From NCBI GenBank assembly GCA_964016885.1, contig OZ024741.1, positions 190,898,001 to 190,962,000 of the forward strand: a DNA stretch of 64,000 nt, written 5' to 3'. Both the position numbers and the translations under genes were made by a program. Below, one piece after another: positions 30,001 to 42,201 of the stretch; position 1 is the stretch's first letter, and each line of letters opens with the position of its first letter. Source of the stretch: Eledone cirrhosa (Eukaryota). Below the pieces are notes generated by a model. That model had not been told where the DNA came from. It worked only from the letters and a program-made list of their open reading frames with translations, and did no database searches.

Positions 30001-33000
30001 GGTAAAGTGTTATATATGTTACCTGGTTATTTGTCTGGATGGTAAAGTGTCATATATGTTACCTGGTGGTTTGTCTGGATGGTAAAGTGTCATACATGTT
30101 ACCTGGTGGTTTGTCTGGATGGTAAAGTTACCTGGTGGTTTGTCTGGATGGTAAAGTGTCATATATGTTACCTGGTGGTTTGTCTGGAAGGTAAAGTGTC
30201 ATATAAGTTACCTGATAGTTTGTCTGGATGGTAAAGTGTCATATATGTTACCTGGTGGTTTGTCTGGATGGTAAAGTGTCATATATGTTACCTGGTGGTT
30301 TGTCTGGAAGGTAAAGTGTCATATAAGTTACCTGGCAGTTTGTCTGGATGGTAAAGTTACCTGCTGGTTTGTTTGGAAGGTAAAGTGTCATATATGTTAT
30401 CTGGTGGTTTGTCTGGATGGTAAAGTGTCATATATGTTACCTGGTGGTTTGTCTGGATGGTAAAGTGTCATATATGTTACCTGGTGGTTTGTCTGGATGG
30501 TAAAGTGTCATATATGTTACCTGGTGGTTTGTTTGGATGGTAAAGTGTAATACATGTTACCTGGTGGTTTGTCTGTATGGTAAAGTGTCATATATGTTAC
30601 CTGGTGGTTTGTCTGGATGGTAAAGTGTAATACATGTTACCTGGTGGTTTGTCTGTATGGTAAAGTGTCATATATGTTACCTGGTGGTTTGTCTGGATGG
30701 TAAAGTGTCATATATGTTACCTGGTGGTTTGTCTGGATGGTAAAGTGTCATATATGTTACCTGGTAGTTTGTCTGGATGGTTAAATTACCTGGTGGTTTG
30801 TCTGGATGGTAAAGTGTCATATATGTTACCTGGTAGTTTGTCTGGATGGTAAAGTGTCATATAAGTTACCTGGTGGTTTGTCTGGATGGTAAAGTGTCAT
30901 ATATGTTACCTGGTGGTTTATCTGGATGGTAAAGTGTCATATATGTTACCTGGTGGTTTGTCTGGATGGCAAAGTGTCATATATGTTACCTGGTGGTTTG
31001 TCTGGATGGTAAAGTGTCATATATGTTACCTGGTAGTTTGTCTGGATGGTTAAGTTACCTGGTGGTTTGTCTGGATGGTAAAGTGTCATATATGTTACCT
31101 GGTGGTTTGTCTGGATGGTAAAGTGTCATATATGTTACCTGGTAGTTTGTCTGGATGGTAAAGTGTTATATATGTTACCTGGTGGTTTGTCTGGATGGTA
31201 AAGTTACCTGGTGGTTTGTCTGGATGGTAAAGTGTTATATATGTTACCTGGTAGTTTGTCTGGATGGTAAAGTTACCTGGTAGTTTGTCTGGATGGTAAA
31301 GTTACCTGGTGGTTTGTCTGGATGGTAAAGTGTTATATATGTTACCTGGTAGTTTGTCTGGATGGTAAAGTGTTATATATGTTACCTGTTGGTTTGTCTG
31401 GATGTTAAAGTGTCATACATGTTACCTGGTCGTTTGTCTGGATGGTAAAGTGTCATACATGTTACCTGGTGGGTTGTCTGGATGGTAAAGTGTTATATAT
31501 GTTACCTGGTAGTTTGTCTGGATGGTAAAGTGTCATATAAGTTACCTGGTGGTTTGTCTGGATGGTAAAGTGTCATATATGTTACCTGGTAGTTTGTCTG
31601 GATGGTAAAGTGTCATATATGTTACCTGGTAGTTTATCTGGATGGTAAAGTGTCATATATGTTACCTGGTGGTTTGTCTGGATGGTAAAGTGTCATATAT
31701 GTTACCTGGTGGTTTGTCTGGATGGTAAAGTGTCATATATGTTACCTGGTGGTTTGTCTGGATGGTAAAGTGTCATATAAGTTACCTGGTGGTTTGTTTG
31801 GATGGTAAAGTGTTATATATGTTACCTGGTAGTTTGTCTGGATGGTAAAGTGTCATATATGTTACCTGGTGGTTTGTCTGGATGGTAAAGTGTCATACAT
31901 GTTACCTGGTGGTTTGTCTGGATGGTAAAGTTACCTGGTGGTTTGTCTGGATGGTAAAGTGTCATATATGTTACCTGGTGGTTTGTCTGGAAGGTAAAGT
32001 GTCATATAAGTTACCTGATAGTTTGTCTGGATGGTAAAGTGTCATATATGTTACCTGGTGGTTTGTCTGGATGGTAAAGTGTCATATATGTTACCTGGTG
32101 GTTTGTCTGGAAGGTAAAGTGTCATATAAGTTACCTGGCAGTTTGTCTGGATGGTAAAGTTACCTGCTGGTTTGTTTGGAAGGTAAAGTGTCATATATGT
32201 TATCTGGTGGTTTGTCTGGATGGTAAAGTGTCATATATGTTACCTGGTGGTTTGTCTGGATGGTAAAGTGTCATATATGTTACCTGGTGGTTTGTCTGGA
32301 TGGTAAAGTGTCATATATGTTACCTGGTGGTTTGTTTGGATGGTAAAGTGTAATACATGTTACCTGGTGGTTTGTCTGTATGGTAAAGTGTCATATATGT
32401 TACCTGGTGGTTTGTCTGGATGGTAAAGTGTCATATATGTTACCTGGTGGTTTGTCTGGAAGGTAAAGTGTCATATAAGTTACCTGGCAGTTTGTCTGGA
32501 TGGTAAAGTTACCTGCTGGTTTGTTTGGAAGGTAAAGTGTCATATATGTTATCTGGTGGTTTGTCTGGATGGTAAAGTGTCATATATGTTACCTGGTGGT
32601 TTGTCTGGATGGTAAAGTGTCATATATGTTACCTGGTGGTTTGTCTGGATGGTAAAGTGTCATATATGTTACCTGGTGGTTTGTTTGGATGGTAAAGTGT
32701 AATACATGTTACCTGGTGGTTTGTCTGTATGGTAAAGTGTCATATATGTTACCTGGTGGTTTGGCTGGATGGTAAAGTGTCATATATGTTACCTGGTGGT
32801 TTGTCTGGATGGTAAAGTGTCATATATGTTACCTGGTGGTTTGTCTGGATGGTAAAGTGTCATATATGTTACCTGGTGGTTTGTCTGGATGGTAAAGTGT
32901 CATATATGTTACCTGGTGGTTTGTCTGGATGGTAAAGTGTCATATATGTTACCTGGTGGTTTGTCTGGATGGTAAAGTGTCATATATGTTACCTGGTGGT

Positions 33001-36000
33001 TTGTGTGGATGGTAAAGTGTCATATATGTTACCTGGTGGTTTGTCTGGATGGTAAAGTGTTATATATGTTACCTGGTAGTTTGTCTGGATGGTAAAGTGT
33101 CATATATGTTACCTGGTGGTTTGTGTGGATGGTAAAGTGTTATATATGTTACCTGGTAGTTTGTCTGGATGGTAAAGTGTCATATATGTTACCTGGTGGT
33201 TTGTCTGGATGGTAAAGTGTTATATATGTTACCTGGTAGTTTGTCTGGATGGTAAAGTGTCATATAAGTTACCTGGTGGTTTGTCTGGATGGTAAAGTGT
33301 CATATATGTTACCTGGTGGTTTGTCTGGATGGTAAAGTGTCATATATGTTACCTGGTGGTTTGTCTGGATGGTAAAGTGTCATATATGTTACCTGGTGGT
33401 TTGTCTGGATGGTAAAGTGTCATATATGTTACCTGGTAGTTTGTCTGGATGGTTAAATTACCTGGTGGTTTGTCTGGATGGTAAAGTGTCATATATGTTA
33501 CCTGGTAGTTTGTCTGGATGGTAAAGTGTCATATAAGTTACCTGGTGGTTTGTCTGGATGGTAAAGTGTCATATATGTTACCTGGTGGTTTATCTGGATG
33601 GTAAAGTGTCATATATGTTACCTGGTGGTTTGTCTGGATGGCAAAGTGTCATATATGTTACCTGGTGGTTTGTCTGGATGGTAAAGTGTCATATATGTTA
33701 CCTGGTAGTTTGTCTGGATGGTTAAGTTACCTGGTGGTTTGTCTGGATGGTAAAGTGTCATATATGTTACCTGGTGGTTTGTCTGGATGGTAAAGTGTCA
33801 TATATGTTACCTGGTAGTTTGTCTGGATGGTAAAGTGTTATATATGTTACCTGGGGGTTTGTCTGGATGGTAAAGTTACCTGGTGGTTTGTCTGGATGGT
33901 AAAGTGTTATATATGTTACCTGGTAGTTTGTCTGGATGGTAAAGTTACCTGGTAGTTTGTCTGGATGGTAAAGTTACCTGGTGGTTTGTCTGGATGGTAA
34001 AGTGTTATATATGTTACCTGGTAGTTTGTCTGGATGGTAAAGTGTTATATATGTTACCTGTTGGTTTGTCTGGATGTTAAAGTGTCATACATGTTACCTG
34101 GTCGTTTGTCTGGATGGTAAAGTGTCATACATGTTACCTGGTGGGTTGTCTGGATGGTAAAGTGTTATATATGTTACCTGGTAGTTTTTCTGGATGGTAA
34201 AGTGTCATATAAGTTACCTGGTGGTTTGTCTGGATGGTAAAGTGTCATATATGTTACCTGGTAGTTTGTCTGGATGGTAAAGTGTCATATATGTTACCTG
34301 GTAGTTTATCTGGATGGTAAAGTGTCATATATGTTACCTGGTGGTTTGTCTGGATGGTAAAGTGTCATATATGTTACCTGGTGGTTTGTCTGGATGGTAA
34401 AGTGTCATATATGTTACCTGGTGGTTTGTCTGGATGGTAAAGTGTCATATAAGTTACCTGGTGGTTTGTTTGGATGGTAAAGTGTTATATATGTTACCTG
34501 GTAGTTTGTCTGGATGGTAAAGTGTCATATATGTTACCTGGTGGTTTGTCTGGATGGTAAAGTGTCATACATGTTACCTGGTGGTTTGTCTGGATGGTAA
34601 AGTTACCTGGTGGTTTGTCTGGATGGTAAAGTGTCATATATGTTACCTGGTGGTTTGTCTGGAAGGTAAAGTGTCATATAAGTTACCTGATAGTTTGTCT
34701 GGATGGTAAAGTGTCATATATGTTACCTGGTGGTTTGTCTGGATGGTAAAGTGTCATATATGTTACCTGGTGGTTTGTCTGGAAGGTAAAGTGTCATATA
34801 AGTTACCTGGCAGTTTGTCTGGATGGTAAAGTTACCTGCTGGTTTGTTTGGAAGGTAAAGTGTCATATATGTTATCTGGTGGTTTGTCTGGATGGTAAAG
34901 TGTCATATATGTTACCTGGTGGTTTGTCTGGATGGTAAAGTGTCATATATGTTACCTGGTGGTTTGTCTGGATGGTAAAGTGTCATATATTTTACCTGGT
35001 GGTTTGTCTGGATGGTAAAGTGTCATATATTTTACCTGGTGGTTTGTCTGGATGGTAAAGTGTCATATATGTTACCTGGTGTTTTGTCTGGATGGTAATG
35101 TGTCATATATGTTACCTGGTGGTTTGTCTGGATGGTAAAGTGTCATATATGTTACCTGGTGGTTTGTCTGGATGGTAAAGTGTTATATAGGTTACCTGGT
35201 AGTTTGTCTGGATGGTAAAGTGTCATATATGTTACCTGGTGGTTTGTCCGGATGGTAAAGTGTTATATATGTTACCTGGTAGTTTGTCTGGATGGTAAAG
35301 TGTCATATAAGTTACCTGGTGGTTTGTCTGGATGGTAAAGTGTCATATATGTTACCTGGTGGTTTGTCTGGATGGTAAAGGGTCATATATGTTACCTGGT
35401 GGTTTGTCTGGATGGTAAAGTGTCATATATGTTACCTGGTGGTTTGTCTGGATGGTAAAGTGTCATATATGTTACCTGGTAGTTTGTCTGGATGGTTAAG
35501 TTACCTGGTGGTTTGTCTGGATGGTAAAGTGTCATATATGTTACCTGGTGGTTTGTCTGGATGGTAAAGTGTCATATATGTTACCTGGTAGTTTGTCTGG
35601 ATGGTAAAGTGTTATATATGTTACCTGGTGGTTTGTCTGGATGGTAAAGTTACCTGGTGGTTTGTCTGGATGGTAAAGTGTTATATATGTTACCTGGTAG
35701 TTTGTCTGGATTGTAAAGTTACCTGGTAGTTTGTCTGGATGGTAAAGCTACCTGGTGGTTTGTCTGGAAGGTAAAGTGTCATATAAGTTACCTGGTAGTT
35801 TGTCTGGATGGTAAAGTTACCTGGTTGTTTGTCTGGATGGTAAAGTTACCTGGTGGTTTGTCTGGATGGTAAAGTGTTACATATGTTACCTGGTAGTTTG
35901 TCTGGATGGTAAAGTGTTATATATGTTATCTGTTGGTTTGTCTGGATGTTAAAGTGTCATACATGTTACCTGGTGGTTTGTCTGGATGGTAAAGTGTCAT

Positions 36001-37476
36001 ACATGTTACCTGGTGGTTTGTCTGGAAGGTAAAGTGTTATATATGTTACCTGGTGGTTTGTCTGGATGGTAAAGTGTTATATATGTTACCTGGTGGTTTG
36101 TCTGGATGGTAAAGTGTCATATAAGTTACCTAGTGGTTTGTCTGGATGGTAAAGTGTCATATATGTTACCTGGTGGTTTGTCTGGATGGTAAAGTGTCAT
36201 ATATGTTACCTGGTGGTTTGTCTGGATGGTAAAGTGTCATATATATTACCTGGTAGTTTGTCTGGATGGTTAAGTTACCTGGTGGTTTGTCTGGATGGTA
36301 AAGTGTCATATATGTTACCTGGTGGTTTGTCTGGATGGTAAAGTGTCATATATGTTACCTGGTAGTTTGTCTGGATGGTAAAGTGTTATATAGTTACCTG
36401 GTGGTTTGTCTGGATGGTAAAGTGTCATATATGTTACCTGGTGGTTTGTCTGGATGGTAAAGTGTCATATAAATTTACCTGATAGTTTGTCTGGATGGTA
36501 AAGTGTCATATATGTTACCTGGTGGTTTGTCTGGATGGTAAAGTGTCATATATGTTACCTGGTAGTTTGTCTGGATGGTTAAGTTACCTGGTGGTTTGTC
36601 TGGATGGTAAAGTGTCATATATGTTACCTGGTGGTTTGTCTGGATGGTAAAGTGTCATATATGTTACCTGGTAGTTTGTCTGGATGGTAAAGTGTTATAT
36701 AGTTACCTGGTGGTTTGTCTGGATGGTAAAGTTACCTGGTGGTTTGTCTGGATGGTAAAGTGTTATATATGTTACCTGGTAGTTTGTCTGGATTGTAAAG
36801 TTACCTGGTAGTTTGTCTGGATGGTAAAGTTACCTGGTGGTTTGTCTGGAAGGTAAAGTGTCATATAAGTTACCTGGTAGTTTGTCTGGATGGTAAAGTT
36901 ACCTGGTTGTTTGTCTGGATGTTAAAGTTACCTGGTGGTTTGTCTGGATGGTAAAGTGTTATATATGTTACCTGGTAGTTTGTCTGGATGGTAAAGTGTT
37001 ATATATGTTACCTGTTGGTTTGTCTGGATGTTAAAGTGTCATATCTGTTACCTGGTGGTTTGTCTGGAAGGTAAAGTGTCATATAAGTTACCTGGTGGTT
37101 TGTCTGGATGGTAAAGTGTTATATATGTTACCTGGTGGTTTGTCTGGATGGTAAAGTGTCATACACGTTACCTGGTGGTTTGTCTGTATGGTAAAGTGTC
37201 ATATATGTTACCTGGTGGTTTGTCTGGATGGTAAAGTGTCATATATGTTACCTGGTGGTTTGTCTGGATGGTAAAGTGTCATATAAGTTACCTAGTGGTT
37301 TGTCTGGATGGTAAAGTGTCATATATGTTACCTGGTGGTTTGTCTGGATGGTAAAGTGTCATATAAATTTACCTGATAGTTTGTCTGGATGGTAAAGTGT
37401 TATATATGTTACCTGGTGGTTTGTCTGGATGGTAAAGTGTCATATAAGTTACCCTGTGGTTTGTCTGGATGGTAAA
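1..37476. repeat. 40-bp tandem satellite array with an interspersed 29-bp deletion monomer; runs off the left edge of the window
   Basis: Consensus GATGGTAAAGTGTCATATATGTTACCTGGTGGTTTGTCTG repeats head-to-tail without interruption. The short monomer is GATGGTAAAGTTACCTGGTRGTTTGTCTG (11-nt deletion). Roughly 950-1000 monomers by length estimate. Sharp end at ...ggatggtaaa|ctgccatag. Confidence 0.99.
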
Positions 37477-37917
37477 CTGCCATAGTTTTCAACATATTTA
37501 TAAATCAAAGATATTCCAGTCATTGGTAATTCCTTCTTTTATTTCAGATTTAGTATATATAGAATTACATTACCTAATATTAATATGTCCTTCCTTTTTT
37601 AAGACAATAGGACATGATTTGAGGAGGCTTTGATTACTATTGCTAGCAGGTCGAGTGACTGCACAGAGGATTCCTCATTGGCTCCTGTTGTTCTGGTTGA
37701 CGATGTGTTTAATTTTATGTGTGCATTCATGTATGTGCATATGTATGCATGTATGCATGTATGTATGCATGTGATGCATGTATGAGTACTTGAATGCTTA
37801 CACATGTATGTGTGCATGTGCCTGTGAATATATACATGTGTGTATGTTTGTGAAGTTTCACTCGTTAACTGTTAATGATTAACTAAAACTTAATAATTTA
37901 ATTTTTATATTTTAAAG

Positions 37918-38020
37918 TTTCAATGAATTCCTTCTAAAATGTCCACATCTTGGCAGACTTTCCCACATTCAAATCGGCCATGACAATACTGGATTTTGCC
38001 CAGGATGGTACCTCGATAAG
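37918..38020 (+). CDS. Internal coding exon of a PLAT/LH2-domain protein (LOXHD1-like or another PLAT protein)
   Basis: Acceptor ttttatattttaaAG|, then 1 nt + 34 codons: FNEFLLKCPHLGRLSHIQIGHDNTGFCPGWYLDK, matching the PLAT motif LGxLxxIxIGHDNxGxxPGWxLDxV. Similarity stops at AAG|GCAAGA (GC-type donor). Absent from the ORF track. Confidence 0.85.
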
Positions 38021-38132
38021 GCAAGACAACCATTTCATGATAACTCCAAATGTTGTTGTTTTTATTGCAGGAATCTTTTTTCATACATTTGAAATCTTTC
38101 TTTATAATTCTAACTATTCTTTTTAATGTAAG

Positions 38133-38298
38133 CCAGTAATTTGGGAGAAGGGGAAAGTTGTTTATATCAACTTCAGTACTTAACTCGTACTTTATTTTAT
38201 AAAACCCCCAGAATGATGAAAGGCAAATTTGACCTCAGAATGTAGAAAGCCATAAGTAAATGCTGCAATGCATTTTGTTTGATGCTGTACCAATACTC
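38133..38298 (-). mobile_element. tRNA-derived SINE, diverged copy
   Basis: Contains gtactttattttat...gatgaaaggcaaatttgacctcagaatgta, homologous to the reverse complement of the 58744-58918 SINE, with an internal deletion. Confidence 0.75.
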
Positions 38299-38730
38299 TG
38301 TTGATCAAAGCAATTGGTTTATGTTTTCAGGTAGATAATATGTTTCCTCCAGCAATATTTTCATGTCCTTCTATTACTTTTGCATAATGTTCCCTCAATA
38401 ATATATTCATGATTTCTTCTTAGCAATATTTTCATATCCTCCAGTAATATTTTTATGATAGTAATATTTCCATGATATATCCTTCTTCTTTGCCCACATA
38501 TTCCTGAGAGGGTCGTGGGGACAGAGTTCTTAAACACTCGTGATATGTTCCTTAGTAAAATTTTCATGATATCACCCCATGAAGAATGGCAAAAAGTAAG
38601 AATGGGTTGAAGAAGTTTAGGGAGCTGGTACTTCAAAGGGCAGCAAGAGGCTTTTAAGGGTTGGCTGTAAAGGATCTGTAAAGGCTAGAAAGAAAGGAAG
38701 TGCATATGCTCGTATATATATATATGTATA

Positions 38731-38798
<68 letters not shown>

Positions 38799-38802
<4 letters not shown>

Positions 38803-39483
38803 GAAAAATAAAAGTTACGGGCGAAAGAGAGGAATATCCATCGTCATTTTCGCCCGTAACTTTTATTTTTCATTATACTTAATTGCAACTACACAGCTCG
38901 CCATTTTATTCATATAAGCTTCCTTGTTCGCTGTGATCCGTCTCTTTTCTCTCCCCTTGTTGCTATCCTCTCTCCCCCCCCTTTTCTCTCCTTCTCCCTC
39001 TTACTTTAGCTCACCTCCTCTGCTAGTCACCTTCTCACTATAACTATCTCTTTCTCACTTCCTCTTACTTTCACTCACTCTCTGTTAGTCATCCTCTCTC
39101 CGCGAGCTCACTTCCTCCCTCGTCCGCCACTGTATGCAGCCTCTTCTCTCGCTAACACTGCTACAGTAAAGACGTGTCTTTTTCTCTCTTGTCAAACTCG
39201 CCAGTTCTTACGTTCGAAATGAATTGTTGACATGATATTTTCCTATTTTTCCTCTCTTTACGTTGCCTCATCCTTCGTATCTGTTTACATGTCCCCCCCC
39301 CCCTCCTTTTTTATCCCAATAACTTATTTTAGTGATTATTCGCCCTAGGTTGAGGTATCTTGTCTCTAACATGAAGAAATACCTATGATTCCTAGCAGAC
39401 AACTGATGATGGATATTCCTCTCTTTCACCCGTAACTTTTATTTTTCATTATACTTAAATGCAACCACACAGCTCGCCATTTT
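38799..39483 (+). mobile_element. Penelope-like pLTR-derived fold-back element between (TA)n tracts
   Basis: 38800-38826 aatgaaaaataaaagttacgggcgaaa is the reverse complement of 38848-38874 and, with one mismatch, of about 39425-39450. The right end has CTGATGAtggatattcc (hammerhead 5' half; GAAA part missing). CT-rich interior. Confidence 0.6.
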
Positions 39484-39661
39484 ATATATATATATATATA
39501 TGTATATATGTAAATGTGGTTGGCGTTAGGAAGGGCATCCAGCTGTAAAATAACCAGCCAAATTTACGATTCCTAGCAGACAACTGATGATGGATATTCC
39601 TCTCTTTCACCCGTAACTTTTATTTTTCATTATACTTAAATGCAACCCCACAGCTCGCCAT

Positions 39662-39692
<31 letters not shown>

Positions 39693-39750
39693 GTAAATGT
39701 GGTTGGCGTTAGAAAGGGCATCCAGCTGTAAAATAACCAGCCAAATTTAC
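39387..39750. repeat. Tandem duplication of about 181 bp spanning a pLTR/(TA)n/RTE junction
   Basis: 39387-39567 and 39568-39750 are near-identical, both starting gattcctagcagacaactgatg and ending ccaaatttac. Confidence 0.95.
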
Positions 39751-39875
39751 AGTCCTCATCGGAGCAAGGTAGAGCGTGGCCAAATCTGGTCAGACTTGTC
39801 TCCCAACATAGATGACCCATTTATCCCATGCAAGCATGGAAAAATGGACACTAAATGATGATGAAACAATGATGA
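39690..39875 (+). mobile_element. RTE LINE 3' UTR fragment
   Basis: gtggttggcgttagaaagggcatccagctgtaaaa...cccatgcaagcatggaaaaatggacactaaatgatgatga is homologous to the 3' end of the RTE at about 52555-52716. Confidence 0.8.
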
Positions 39876-40188
39876 TATGTAGGTTGTTGATTTCTTAGTG
39901 GCATTGGTCCCCATAAACTTGCCCCAGAGTATCAATGTTTTGGCTGCTCTTCCACCATATCTTTACCATGAATTTGATGTTTTGCTGAAGACCATGTTGT
40001 TCAAGCGGGTGCTGACTTCTGACTGGTGGCGCCGCATTGCAACATACATTTAAGGGTTCATGTTAGAACATGTTATGTCACATTAGTATGAGAACGAACA
40101 GGTGCATTGAGATCAAAATCCCTGCATATGATTTTTACCTATGTACTTTTTATACAAATTTTTTAAAGCCCCCTCGTACATATATACA

Positions 40189-40782
40189 CAAAGCATAAAT
40201 GAATTGAGAGAGAGACTGAGCATAAGAAGAATCAAATGCTGTGTGCAGGAGAGGCGGTTGCGCTGGTATGGACATGTGATGCGTATGAAGGATGACAGCT
40301 GCATAAAAAGGTGCAGAGCACTAGAAGTTGATGGAAACCGCGGAGTGGGGAGACCCAAGATGACCTGGGATGAGGTGATAAAAGCCGACCTTACCCAATT
40401 ACACCTCTCAAAGACAATGACACACGACCGTGACTTCTGGCGTCACGCAGTAATACAGAGTACCCGACCTCCCATGGGTACATGCTGAAGCATATAAACA
40501 ATATGCCCCCATACCCCCCACCGCAAGGTGGTCGTGGAGGTGCCACGACAAAAAAGCACCCAGCCCACACTGTAAAGTGGACGTGTAGGCGCCACGAAAA
40601 AGCACCCAGCACTCACTGTAAATGAGGTTGGTGTTAGGAAGGGCATCCAGCTGTAGAAATCAAGCCAAAATCAGTTCCTGTATGAGCAAGGCATGGTCAG
40701 CCGACCAGACACTGCACACAACAGGACAACCCGTCTATCCCATGCTAGCGTGGAAGAACGGACGTAAAACGGTGATGATGAT
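40189..40782 (+). mobile_element. 5'-truncated RTE LINE (ORF C-terminus + 3' UTR + (GAT)n tail)
   Basis: Peptide RRLRWYGHVMRM...RGVGRPKMTWDEVIKADL...DRDFWR is a typical RTE C-terminus; tail gatgatgat. Confidence 0.9.
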
Positions 40783-40815
40783 AAATATTCAATATATGTA
40801 TGCACATACACATGA

Positions 40816-41230
40816 TGAGAGGTGATTTCCATTGTGAAGAGCAGGTGAGAGGGGCCAGGAGAGAAAAAGGAGTTGAAGGGGTGGTGGGCATGATCAGTAT
40901 CTTGGATTAGTGGGAAGAGAGGTTGGTGATTAAAAGGGCAAGGATGGTGTCCAAGTATTTGGAGATGAGTACAGTGCGACAGTTGCAAGATAGGATGGCC
41001 AGGGTCGTTGGGTTTGTGAGTATTGGGGAGGAAGTAGATGGTAGGAGTCTGGGGTGAGCACACTAAAATATAAGATGGTGGAGGAGAGGAAGAGATGAAT
41101 TGGCAGAAGGTGGAGGGCACGATCTGTTGGTAGCCAGTGGTGGGGCTGGAATTTAGAGGGTGATGAAAAAGAGGGTTGTGAAGCTGGCAGAGGGGCTCAG
41201 CCTGGTAGGGGCCTATCATGGTGTGTCCTG
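40816..41230 (-). mobile_element. Degraded Penelope-like reverse transcriptase fragment (N-terminal RT region)
   Basis: Minus-strand peptide PTIYFLPNTHKPNDPGHPI...IQDTDHA...LLFTMEITS resembles the PLE RT motifs FYxLPKIHKPxxPGRPI, IxDT and LxTMDVxSLY. Confidence 0.75.
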
Positions 41231-41257
41231 TAGTGTGTAACTGTGTGTCTATATATA

Positions 41258-41770
41258 TCATAATCATCATCATCATCGTTTAACGTCCATCTTCCATGCT
41301 TGCATGGGTTTGGACGGGAATATTCCCACTTGAGGCAAGATTGGTTGTCTTGCTCGCATAGGACTGTCTGGCGGGTTTTCTACGGCTGGATGCTCTTCCT
41401 AACACCAACCACGTTTACAGTGTGGACTGGGAGGTTTTTACTGTGTTACCTACACGGCCACATTACAGCGTGGACTGTGTGTTTTTTTGTCGTGACACCT
41501 ACACGACCTCATTTGTTTCGGACTGGATGTTGTGGTACCAACATAACTTTACATTGAAAGGGGTGGTGTGGATGGGGTGGGGGTAGTGGGACGGGTGTGT
41601 ATTTTTTTATTTATTTTTTTAAATTTTTTTATTAAGAGGTGCCTACTGACTGTAGGTTTCGCTTTGTACTTAGGCAAGGCGGGTCTTCTGTATTACTGTA
41701 TAGTGCCAAAGATCTCGGTCCAGTGACATTGTCTTGGAGAGGTGTAAGTGTGTGAGGTCGGAATTTATCA

Positions 41771-41771
<1 letters not shown>
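41258..41771 (-). mobile_element. RTE LINE 3' fragment, reverse orientation
   Basis: (ATC)n tail at 41258-41277; the rest is the reverse complement of about 52225-52716 (e.g. aaacacacagtccacgctgtaatgtggccgtgtaggtaacac). Confidence 0.9.
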
Positions 41772-41812
<41 letters not shown>

Positions 41813-42027
41813 TATGTATATAATGATAAGAATGACTGTTCTGATGGGTGTTATTCTTTAATGAACAATCTATTTATCAAGTGTCTCACTTTTAGGGCAA
41901 TTTCCAAAATGATCATGTGACTGTTAATACAGTCCTGGCATTTGTTTGGGGGATAGAGGTGAAATTTGAAATGTGTGCCTCCCAACGTAAATAACCATAA
42001 TAATTAACCACTATACTAAAGAGTGTA

Positions 42028-42201
42028 TCTACTTTTGGCACAAGGCCAGCAATTACCCCAATGCATTACTGGTGCTTTATTTTATCAACCCCATAAGGAT
42101 GAAAGGCAAAGTTAACCTCGGCAGGATTTGAACTCAGAATGTAAAGGGCCATAACTCTATGCTGTAAAGCATGGTATCTGACGCTCTACCGATACTGCCA
42201 A
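42028..42201 (-). mobile_element. tRNA-derived SINE (Nin/Deu-type central domain)
   Basis: Reverse complement of the 58744-58918 copy, including the B box (gagttcaaatcc) and gcctttcatcc. Confidence 0.85.

Noticed and set aside
1-37476. CRISPR array or coding tandem repeat
   Set aside because: No unique spacers; 40 and 29 are not multiples of 3 and frames hit TAA; no cas genes; eukaryotic context.
37455-37500. Minus-strand MLKTMAVYHPDKPQ resembling a DnaJ HPD motif followed by a GT donor
   Set aside because: In-frame stop just upstream, no acceptor AG and no other J-domain residues; HPDK comes from the satellite monomer itself.
37548-37620. Strong + strand acceptor (tccttcttttatttcAG) followed by DLVYIELH, reminiscent of PLAT VYIxLxG
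   Set aside because: All three frames reach stops before a credible donor, and the GTDA/G residues are missing.
37985-38012. Resemblance of the satellite (cctggtggtttgtctggatggtaa) to the exon segment actggattttgcccaggatggtac
   Set aside because: Only about 15 of 24 identities; not distinguishable from chance without statistics.
38331-38640. Acceptor-like ttttcAG|GTA and ORF 38361-38636 as next PLAT exon
   Set aside because: Reads VDNMFPPAIFSC… to a stop with no PLAT similarity; the region is a degenerate short repeat (agYaatatttt).
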